64,000 bases of DNA from Eledone cirrhosa (taxonomy: Eukaryota). This document shows, one piece after another, positions 52,327 to 62,597 of this stretch. Under the pieces are notes generated by a model that saw nothing but the letters and a program-made list of their open reading frames with translations, did no database searches and was not told where the DNA came from. How positions within the stretch are numbered: the stretch's first letter is position 1; every line of letters begins with the position of its first letter. The position numbers and the translations under genes were made by a program. The stretch lies in NCBI GenBank assembly GCA_964016885.1, contig OZ024740.1, forward strand, positions 180,854,001 to 180,918,000, written 5' to 3'.

Positions 52327-54407
52327 TTACCGTACTTTTGGTAGAGGAGGGATGGTTTTTACATCCCTTTTCACTTGATCGTCTGGTGAAGGGACCGTTG
52401 AATCGTCCCTTCGGCTGGTCGTCGGCTCTTCTAAGAGAATGTCTGAGTATACTCTTCGATTGATGGTTCCTCCTAGGTCCCTGAAATCACCAACTGCGTT
52501 GGGGAATTTCGTTTTAATGTTTGTGTATTGTTTCTGTGCTATTTTTAGCAGTCTTATGTTAGTTGGCGTTTTGATTGGTGCTGGTATTATGTAGTCCTGT
52601 TGTGAAATGTCTGTGTGTTCAATTATGTAAGTCATTAGTTTCTTGTTGTGTGTATTTATTGCCGTGCATTTGTTTTTCTGGGGGTGGGGTGTGGTTCTGC
52701 TATTTTCTTGTCGTTGTTGCTGGGTGTGTGTGTTTTGTTGTTGTGTTTGCGATGTTGGTGCTTGTGGTGGTGGTGTTGAAGGTGTTGTTGACGGTGGGGT
52801 TGTCGCCGGTGGTGATGGTGGTGCTAGTGTGGGTGGTGATGGTGTTGGTGTTGTTGCTGCTGTGGGTCTCTTTGCAGTAGACTTTACTCTTTTCTCATTT
52901 CTTTCCTCCCTTTTCAAAGGCGACGATGCGCTGCTTCTGCGTTTGTGCTTTCTTACGACCTTTTGCCATCCCTCTCCCACCTCACACTCCATGTCTGATT
53001 CTGTGAGGTCGGGGAGGGGTACCAGCTCCACTCTTTCACTTGTTGTTGTTGGTGATGTTTGCACTGGAGTCTCTGTTGCAGCTGCATTTGGTATTGCTGT
53101 TGTTGTTGTTAATATTTCCACTGCTGCTGCTGTTTTTGATTTCCGTGGAGTGGGTATGGGTGCCACGGACCTATCGTTCCTGGTTGCCGGTAGCCGTGGA
53201 GCCGGATTCGGAAGGAGGGTTTTTTTTTCCTTTCTCAGGGTCTTCTCGTTGCAGAAGGCCCTGAGGTGAGTCTTCGATCCACAGCGAAAGCATTTCGGGC
53301 GTTTGCCCTCAACACTTATGGGCAGTTGAGTGCCGTTATCGAAGTCTATCACATCCGGGATAGCTTCGATGCACTCCTGGTTGGTTTGGATTAGCATCTC
53401 AATGGAGGAGCCGACCCAATCTTCTCTTACTTTTTTCTGTACTTGCAGTACAGTTATTTTGTCCTCGATTCCGACGAGGACAGACGCGGCCAGCCAAGAA
53501 GGGGTCATTCCGGGGGGGACGTGGGTCAGTTTGACCCTCACAATTTTTTGCCCGCAGTAGGAGGGCACCAACACCATTTCCTCGCTCCTTAGGGTCACTA
53601 CTGATTGGGCCTTTGCCTCCTGGGTGTGGCAAAAAGTACGTCTACGGTGGCATATTTTTTGCCTCGGGTGATGTGCGTTTTCCGCTGCCACACAGACCCC
53701 AAGGCTTTTTGTATTTGGGCCTCTGTGGCTCTTTCCACCCTACGGGATTTTGTACTTACTGTACGGTACGTGACCGTACAGTGCTCTTGGGTTTCGAAAA
53801 ATTTTTCCGCTGCCTTGCAGATTGCTCGGTGTCCGTTCTTTGTCACCATCTTCTTCGCTTCCTCTAATTCCTCATTTGTTATGAGGATTGTTTCCAAGTT
53901 TTTCGCAATACCTGCAAATGAGATTGGTTTTTCTCTGCTGTTGTTGTTGTCGTCAGAGCTGCTGGTACTTTTGTTGTTGCTGCAGGTACTACGACTACTG
54001 CCTCCGCCGCTGTTGCTGTGGTTGTTGTTGGTGTTGCTCCTGCTAATGCTGTTGTTGTTTATGCTGCTGGTGATGCTGTTGCGGCTGCTACTGTTGTTTT
54101 CATTGTCACTGTTGTTGTTGTTATTACGGCTGCTACTGCTATTATTCCTGACGTCAGACGAATGAACTGGGTTTTCGTATTTCCCGCACACCTGTTTCGT
54201 CGCTGTCGTCGTCGTCGTAGAGAAACCTTGCACGCTTTGCACGAGACTTTTCTTTTCTTTCGTCACTTGCGAAAGAGAAGGGAGGGAGAGAGACACATTT
54301 AAAGAAGGGAGGGAGAGAGACAATCTTCTCTCTGCTGTAGTGATGATTGAGGAAGAAGAAGACGGAATGAGTGGGAGTGACGTATGAAATTTCTTTTTCG
54401 TAGCCAT
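52327..54407 (-). pseudogene. E5 ORF1 (gag-like, CCHC knuckle, Asn/Ser- and Pro/Thr-rich tracts) with one frameshift near 53620
   Basis: ORFs 53598-54443 and 52327-53691 overlap; knuckle CFRCGSKTHLRAFC; homologous to E2 ORF1 (SFA..K..EELEEAK.MV.K.G). Confidence 0.85.
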
Positions 54408-54644
54408 GTTGTTTTCTTGTTTAAAATGAAATTTTGGGTACAAAACCCCAATAACTGGTTATTTAACCCCGAAGGGCCAAATAACGGACAGAAAGACCCC
54501 TCTCACGAGGAGGAGGGTGTCTTTATCAACAATTTGGTTAAAGTTTTAAACAATTTACAATTGTTTTAACGGTTAAAAATTACTATACCTTACAGAGCCG
54601 AGCCTCCGTCAACCATGGCATTCAATAATAATAATAATAATAAT

Positions 54645-55715
54645 GTTTTCTTTATTAACCACAAGGGTTCACATAAAGTAGACATTAAGGACAGTACAGG
54701 ACAATACAGGACGGTACAAATGGGCATTTCTGCGTGTAAAAAAACAGAGGTTGAAATAAAATAACAAAGAAAAATTCCCCAATAGGGGGGAGACTTCCAA
54801 GGGACATTTGTGGAGAAAGCCCATTAAAAGACCACAGTGGCCCTGACCACCAGGGCAAGTGCCCTCTCCCAGTTTTCCACCTTTAATTTACAGACACATA
54901 CTCAGAGAAGGCCCATTCATTCGGGCCATACTTGCTTCTCTCACCCATCTTTCAACAAAATGCTGGGAAGAGAGCACTTCCCTCTCTACTCTGATTTTCC
55001 TTTTCAAATGAAATTTGAAAAAGTCAATCAGAGCATCACCGAAAAGGTAAGTGCTCGTCTTCAACCCTTTCAAACGTGTCCACCATACTATCTCTTTCGC
55101 CATGGCCACCAGACAGATAAAAACTGCCTGCCCTTCCCGGCTAAAGGAGGAGGGCGGGGCAATCCTCACGATGGACTCAGATGATAGCCGGATCCGTCCT
55201 AAACGCGACAGCAGGTGTTCGACATAAACCCACAAGTCAGCAATTTTCGGACACTGGACGAGTGCGTGCAGGACGGTTTCGTCGCCCTGCGCACATCTCG
55301 GACATGCCCGGCTGACGGCACCTCCATGCCTGTAGAGTTTATCCCGAACTGGCAAGGCTCCTCGGTAGCACTGCCAGGCCAGAGATTTCTGGAAGTTGTC
55401 CATAGGCCCTGGCCCGAAAGTTCTTCCGAAGAGATTGGCTAGTTGATTTTCGTCGACGCCTAGAATTTCCCCAAGTACGTCGTCGCTCTTCTCCTCCACT
55501 AATCCTCTATAGAACGCCGAGGTGGAGTTTCCACCGATCACATTACCCGATTGGTCGAGGGCTGTGAGCGCCTGAAGACATTCCAGTCTCCAGGCGCTCC
55601 CTCTCGGTCTTCGCTTGACCCAGGACTGCAGCTCCGTCAAGGAAACGAGCTGGGGAAATACGTGTCTAGCAAACGGCGACCACACCTGATCACCGTCGAG
55701 GAAGAGGTGGAGATG
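54645..55715 (-). mobile_element. Tx1 copy E6, 5'-truncated, nearly identical to the E5 3' end
   Basis: ORF 54888-55685 matches the E5 ORF2 C-terminus; tail (AAT)7 at 54624-54644. Confidence 0.94.
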
Positions 55716-58345
55716 AATGGGACACTAACAAACATAGGCACTAAAAATAGACTGGAAATAAAGTACAAAACTAGGAGGAAAAAGCTAAATATTATCATAG
55801 AGGAACTGAAGCAACGCATTGTAGCAAAGAGTGCAAAAATCAGGCGATACGAGAACAGAGTCAGTCAGTATAAACAGAACCGCATGTTCGACAACAACCA
55901 GAAGATGCTGTTTGGACAGCTTGAGGGGAAAGAAAGAGGCAACGACTTGATCCCTGAGGCGGAACAAACTAAAACATTCTGGAGAGGAATATGGGAGCAG
56001 GATGTTAGACATAATGACCAGGCAGGGTGGATTGAGACAGTACAGAGGGAGATCGGTGAGCAGGCACACCAACAAACTGATTTGAGTATCATAGTTGAAA
56101 CTCTTAAGGGGCAGGCCAAAAAACTAACCAACTGGAAATCACCAGGCCCAGATGGTGTGCAGGGTTATTGGATTAAAAATATAACATCCCTCCACCCGAA
56201 ACTGACAACCATGTTCAATGACTGCTTGATGTTAGGTGAAGTACCAGAGTGGTTGACAAAAGGTACCACAGTTCTGATAATGAAAGACCGAATCAAGGGT
56301 AATGATGTTACCAACTATAAACCTATCACATGTCTGTCCGTAATGTGGAAACTGTTGACGAGCATTGTGTCTGAGGAAATCTACCATCACCTCCACACAA
56401 ACAACTTGTTACCGGACGAACAGAAAGGATGCCGAAAGAAGTCACGTGGTACAAAGGACCAGTTACTTATTGATAAGATGGTAATGGGGAATTGCAGGAG
56501 GAGACACACTGATCTTGCCATGGGATGGATAGACTACAGAAAGGCATTTGACATGGTGCCTCATTCTTGGATCACCAAAAGCCTGGAGATCTTCAAGGTG
56601 GCAGATAACATCAGACAGTTGCTGGGCAAGAGTATGAGGACCTGGGAAACAGAGTTGACATCAGCTGGAGAATCCTTGGGAAGCGTAAAGATCAAGAGAG
56701 GTATCTTCCAGGGAGATAGCCTGTCCCCTCTGTTGTTTGTCCTTGCCCTGATGCCCCTGACCAGTGTACTGCGAAAAGTGAGAGCAGGATACGGGTTGGG
56801 AAAGGGAGGGCTTACCATCAATCACCTCCTCTTCATGGCCGATCTTAAGCTCTTCGGGAAGAGTGAGAAGGAGTTGGATGTGCTTGTTGACACTGTCCGT
56901 ATTTTCAGCAGTGACATATGTATGCAGTTTGGTATTAGTAAGTGTGGAGTCATTGTGATAAGGAGGGGTAGGTTGAGCAGAAGTAAAGGAATCCAGATAC
57001 CAACAGGTGAGATGATAAAGGAAATTGACTCTGAGGAAGGATACAAGTATTTGGGCGTTCTGGAGGCTGATGGCATAAAGAACAAAAAAATGAAGGAATT
57101 GTTAAGAACTGAATACATTCGGAGAGTAAGGAGCGTATTGAAGTCACATCTGAACAGCAGAAATGCCATAAGCGCAGTAAATTCCCGAGCTGTGTCTATT
57201 ATTAGGTACAGTGCAGGAATTCTGAGATGGAATGTTGCTGAACAAAAAGAAATGGATAGGAAGACTAGGAAGCTATTGACTATCTACAACATGTTCCACA
57301 AGAGGAGTGATGTCGATAGACTCTACCTAAGGAGATCTGAGGGTGGAAGAGGTCTTATCAGCACAGAGGACTGTGTTCAGATGGAGAAAAACAAGCTACA
57401 CAAATACGTGACTGATAGTAAGGAGCCAATGCTCAGAACTGTACTGAAGGAGGGGACAATAGGCCAGGGGATGTCCAAGGAGGAAATAACATCAAGGAGA
57501 AAGAGCAGCCTTCGGGAAAAATCCCTTCATAGTACCTTCTTTGAGAAAACTGAATTTAGAGATCCACATACATGGAACTGGTTGAGAAGAGGAGACCTTA
57601 AAAAGGCTACAGAAGGAATGTTAAAGGTTGCGCAGGAGCAGGCCCTCAAAACGAAGTGGTTGAAACACCATATTTACAAGGAGGAGGCTAGCCCACTGTG
57701 CAGGATCTGTGGAGGGAGAGAAGAGACTGTGGCTCACATTGTATCCGAGTGTAAACACCTAGCCCAGACCCACTATAAGGGCTGGAGACATGATGTGATG
57801 GGCAGGGTGATCCACTGGCACCTGTGCAAAGTAAACAATCTACCACATTCTGAGAAATGGTATGAACATAAGCCAGAGGCGGTGATGGAGAACGATCAGG
57901 TGAAGGTGCTCTGGGATTTTAGGATACAGACGGACAAGAATCTGGAACACAATAGACCTGACCTGGTGGTTGGGGACAAAGAAAAAAGATCGTGTCTGAT
58001 TGTGGATGTGGCCTGCCCATTCGACACGAGAGTGCAAGAGAAGGAGAGGGAGAAAATTAACCGATACCAGGACTTAAAGTGGGAGGTAAAAAGGATTTGG
58101 AACTGCCATGAAGTCAAAGTCATCCCGATTGTCATAGGCGCACTGGGGACTATCTCCAAAAGTTTCCAGGGATGGTTAAAAAAAATCGGCCCCTTCACGC
58201 TTTTAGGAACGCTTCAAAAGGCATGCTTGCTGGGAACAGCAAGAACCCTCCGATACGTCCTGAATATCTGAGGCTGCAGGTAATGGCTTGATATTCATTC
58301 CAACGGACTTTCCAGTTAACTAACATCAATGACTGTGATTCAAGG
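55716..58345 (+). mobile_element. R4/Dong-clade RLE retrotransposon copy D2, 5'-truncated, uninterrupted reading frame to 58271
   Basis: RT motifs (KSPGPDG, KPITCL, DYRKAFD, QGDSLSP, FMAD), CCHC CRICGGREETVAHIVSEC, RHD, RPDLVV..IVDV..EKINRY; (AAT)5 tail at 58346-58360. Confidence 0.95.
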
Positions 58346-58404
58346 AATAATAATAATAATCAATTCACCGCCCTAAAAATAATATTGATAATAATGATAA
58401 TATG

Positions 58405-58487
<83 letters not shown>

Positions 58488-58632
58488 ATAGGATTTCGCT
58501 TCAAGCATAGCCTTATACAATATGTATAATTATTTCGTATCTCCAAAGAAATACGGTTTTAGGAAGCAGTAGATATGCAAACACTGGGGGGTTTACGCCC
58601 TCTGGTGATGTCCAGCAGAAACAAGGGGGACA

Positions 58633-58676
58633 ACCGTCTATGCATTTCAGGCTTAACTGGCCTTCGTCAGGACGGT
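58633..58676 (-). ncRNA. Minimal type I hammerhead ribozyme motif (intact)
   Basis: accgtc CTGACGA aggc-cagttaa-gcct GAAA tgca TA gacggt: 6-bp stem I, palindromic loop III. Confidence 0.9.
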
Positions 58677-58952
58677 CCCTCCCACCGCTGGCGACTGCTG
58701 GACTAGAAGACAAGCGAGAATATATACTTTTCTCGCCTGTGTAAATGAGGTGATTAATCTCATTTGCATATGAAGCTGCATAAGTTGGCTCAACTTATAA
58801 TTAAAAAAAAATAGGATTTCGCTTCAAGCATAGCTTTATACACTACGTATAAATATTTCGTGTCTCCAAAGAAACAGGGTTTTAGGAAGCTGTAGCTATG
58901 CAAACACCGGGGCGCTAACGACCTCTGGTGATGTCTAGCAAAAAGGGGGACT

Positions 58953-58996
58953 ACCGTCTATGAATTTCAGGCTTAACTGGCCTTCGTTAGGACGGT
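58953..58996 (-). ncRNA. Hammerhead copy with core mutation (CTAACGA), probably inactive
   Basis: Same as 58633 but with G5->A and loop III ttca. Confidence 0.7.
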
Positions 58997-59318
58997 CCCT
59001 CCCACCGCTTGCGACCGCTGGACTAGAAGACAGGCGAGAAAACCTTGCTTCTGCTGGACATCACCAGAGGGCGTTAGCCCCCCGGTGTTTGCATAGCTAC
59101 GGCTTCCTACGGCTTTGGAGATACGAAATATTTATACATATTGTATACATTTATACATTAGCTATGCTTGAAGCGAAATCCTATTTCTTTGTTATTATAA
59201 GTTGAGCCAATGTATGCAGCTTCATATGCAAATGAGATTAATCACCTCATTTACACAGACAAGAAAAGTATATATTCTCGCTTGTCTTCTAATCCAGTAG
59301 TTGCAAGCGGTGGAAGGG

Positions 59319-59362
59319 ACTGTCCTGACGAAGACCAGTTAAGCCTGAAATGCATAGACGGT
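59319..59362 (+). ncRNA. Minimal type I hammerhead ribozyme motif (inverted copy)
   Basis: actgtc CTGACGA agac-cagttaa-gcct GAAA tgca TA gacggt (one stem II mismatch). Confidence 0.8.
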
Positions 59363-59375
59363 TGTCCCCCTTGTT

Positions 59376-61200
59376 GGCGTCGGAAGAGGCGGAGGATGGT
59401 GTGGTGGAGAGGTAGGGTGGAAAGGTGGTAGGTGATGGTGAAGGGGAGACGGTGGGGTGGGGGTGAGGTGAGGTTGTTGATCAGTGGACAGCATAGCACG
59501 AGTGAGGGCAGTGTGGACGATGGGGGGGGGTAACCTCTGCGGATGAAATGGCTGACGAGGGGAAAGGGCATGGGACTCAAAGTCAGCATCACGGCTGCAG
59601 AGGCGGCGGATCCTGAGGAGTTGGGATTTGGGAATAGAGTGTTTAGTGTGGGTAAGGTGGGAGGAGGTGAACTCGAGGTAGGAGTCGGGGGAGGTAGGTT
59701 TGAAGAAGGCGTATGTGCTGAGGGAGTGGTGGGAGGGGTTGATGGCGACGGAGATGTCTATGAAGTGGACGTGGGTGGTGGAGATAGAGGTGGTGAAATG
59801 GAGGGAGGGATGGAAGGAGCAGAAGAAGGAGAGATATAGGGTGAATGGGAGGGGGTGTGGGCCGGGTGGGAGAGTGAAGGAGACGAACAGGCGAATGGCG
59901 TGGTTGGGCTTGGAGATGTGGGAATGGAGGGTGGTGACGAGGGGGGCGAGGATGGAGTCAAGAAAGGCGGAGATGAGTTCGGTGGGGCAGTTGCAATCGG
60001 AGATGATGGGGCGGCCGGGGTTGTCGGGTTTGTGGAGTTTGGGGAGGAAGTAGATAGTAGGGGTGCGGGGGTGCGGATGAGGAGGTGGGAAGCGGTGGGG
60101 GGGAGGAGGGAGGAGGAGACAAGGTGTTTGATGGTGGAGGAAACTTGTTGTTGGTAGAGGGGGGTGAGGTCGGAGGGTAGATGGCGGTACAAGAGGGGAT
60201 TACGGAGCTGCCTGAGGGCTTCGGCCGTGTAGAGGTCAGCCGCCACACCACCACGGCGTCTCCCTTGTCCGCCTGTTTGATGACGATGTCATCTCGGATA
60301 CGGAGGGAGCGGAGAGCAAGGAGTTAGACCCGTGAGTTTTTATGCCGTTTGGACCGGGGGCAGAAGTCGAAGCGAGTTACTGCGCTACGGCAGGCGTCGA
60401 CGAACGCGTCCAGTGTGCTAAATTGCCCTGGGGCCGGCGTCCAAGACGATGGTCGTCGGCCCAGGGCGAGAAACGGGTCTGGGGCGTTCGGAGCCGGAGG
60501 CGTTTGATTAAAATGAGTCTGTAGCAGCGTGCGTCGCACGATCGCTCGACTTCCGTTCTGGTGCGGAACTCGTCGCTGTGCGGAGTGTGGGGTATGACGC
60601 GAAGGCCTCTAGTGAGGAGTGAACGCTCAGGTGCGGATAGGGGGAGGTCAGGGGGTGTGGTGACAACAAGTGGTGGGGTTTGCGTGTGTGAGAGGAGGGA
60701 TGGGGGTGAGTGTGGGTATGGGGGATTCATAGGGGGTGGTGGTAGAAAGGAGTGAATGTAGCTTAAGGGCTTTGGTGGAGGTGAGGAAGGAGAACAGGTC
60801 ATGGTTGAGGTTTGGGATGAAGAGGAGGATAGGGTGGGCGAGGAAGGGGTGGCATGCGGAGTTAAGGCGGAGGAGGGTGGTGGTCAGTTGGTAGTCAAGG
60901 TTGCGGATGGTGGAACAGAAGGAGCGGAGGGAGTTGCGCATTAGGAGGCGCGAGGATCGGGTGAGGATATGTTGGGTGGAGGGGGAAGAGAAGGTGGAGG
61001 TGAAGAAGTGTAGTGGGAAGCCGAGGGGGATGAGGTGGAGGTGGAGGCAGCGGCTGAGGAAATGGATGTGGCTGGAGTGCCGGGTTTTGGCGAAGTGAAG
61101 GTAGGAGAGTTGGCGGGCAGAGGGGAGATAGCACGGTGAGGAAAAGTTTGAGGCGGTTGTGGAGTTGGTGGAGAAAGGATCCCAGGCTGGGCATGGTGGG
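59376..61200 (-). mobile_element. Penelope-like RT ORF remnant, C-rich, with the RT catalytic core deleted and no GIY-YIG
   Basis: PLSAPERSLLTRGL, DIVIKQADKGDAVV, YLLPKLHKPDNPGRPIISDCNCPTELIS, then almost directly FHPSLHFT..FIDI..KPT..YL..H..KHSIPKSQLLRIRRLCS and RGYP..RLPFTITYH. Confidence 0.82.
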
Positions 61201-61201
61201 C

Positions 61202-61247
<46 letters not shown>

Positions 61248-61731
61248 TAAATGGAACAATCTTTATAGATTTATTTTATTATACATATTTCAAGGGTACC
61301 AGTATTTTGGTACGCTTTCGTCAGACAAAATACAATATTTGGTTTAAAGATAGTGATATATCGACATATGAACTTAATGTTATGAGTTCAATGTAGATAG
61401 TGAATAAATATTCAAAACTCAAGATCAATATGCTAATGAGGATAACGTAAACACTGAAAAGGGCCGTTAAGTTTAGAGGCTAGATATATTTTAAATAATT
61501 ATCTAAATTATAAAAAAAGAGGTTTGCTCTTAAAATTGAAGAAAAAATATTTAAAGCAACTTTCGGAATATTAATATGCATATATACATCCAGACATATT
61601 TACATCGGTAGAGAAAGAATGAAATAATTATATTTATTTTTATTTATTTTAATTCTATAGTTTGGAAGTATTTATAATATTAGTCTGAGAACTATAAATT
61701 AATGTATTAAAATGAGAACTATTAATTTAAT

Positions 61732-61818
61732 GATACCTTATTTTTATATATACTATTGAACGATACCTTATATTTATATATACTATTGAACGATACCTTA
61801 TATTTATATATACTATTG
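61732..61818. repeat. 30-bp tandem repeat x3
   Basis: gataccttat(a/t)tttatatatactattgaac repeated. Confidence 0.9.
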
Positions 61819-62597
61819 GATCTATTTTGCGGGTGTTTCAATATTAAGATTAGTGAAGTTATAAATATAGTGTATCGTAGTATAAGAGATTAATTGTATA
61901 ACGTTATTAACACATTTATTTAGTACATAAATAGTTATGCGTTAATATAGATTGTGTTTACTTAGGATAAGCCGAGCGAAGATATATGTGCATTTTCTAC
62001 ATATTGCTTAAGGATGTGAAAATGATTGTATTTTTATAGAGAAGATGTATAATATTATGTATAATCTATTATTGTATTAGGTTAGAAATAAAAATTTAAA
62101 AATTTTATTATTTATGTAAAGTTTGAATATCTCGTAGAGGTAAAATGTAAACAAGCTTTTATCAAAGGAAAAGATAACTCTAATGTTTTAATTTAAAGAG
62201 TTTCCGTTATCTGAAGATAGATAGTTTGATCTAATGTTTAACCTAATGATTAATTATGATTTATATTATAATTACAATATAAGTAAACATTTACATATGA
62301 TTTCAGAGCACCATATAGTAAATATGTTCTAAGATATTAATAAAAAGATAAAATTGTCTATGTATAGATTTTGATAACAATAAGTATATCTATGTATAAA
62401 TTTCATAATATTAAGTATGTGTATGTATAAATTAAAAAACTTATAAAAACCTTTAGAAAAAGCTTCAAAATCTTTAAAAAACCCTTTATAAACACCTTTA
62501 ACAACACATTTAACAACACCTTTAAAAATACCTTTAAAAACAACCCAAGATATATATATTGTACCTAGGCAACTTATAAAGGCCATGTGCAGTATTT

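Larger units (their letters stand above)
48610..54623 (-). mobile_element. Tx1/L1-clade copy E5 (ATT-tailed group), full length, near intact
   Basis: (AAT)n on both sides; two-ORF structure with only one lesion visible per ORF. Confidence 0.96.
58483..59375. repeat. ~320-bp hammerhead-containing unit: 1.7 direct copies (58483-59040) plus one inverted, permuted copy (~59045-59375); PLE pLTR/retrozyme-like
   Basis: The unit start aaaataggatttcgcttcaagcatagc recurs at ~58485 and ~58807; its reverse complement lies at ~59161-59185. Confidence 0.9.

Noticed and set aside
55551-58271. 906-aa ORF as a novel chimeric protein
   Set aside because: The first ~55 codons are antisense Tx1 sequence and the start at 55551 is TTG, not ATG; this is accidental read-through into a truncated Dong ORF
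61453-61490. ctgaaaa-ggcc..ggct (and ctgaaga-tagat..atcta near 62211) as hammerheads
   Set aside because: No GAAA/UH half or stem I pairing could be completed
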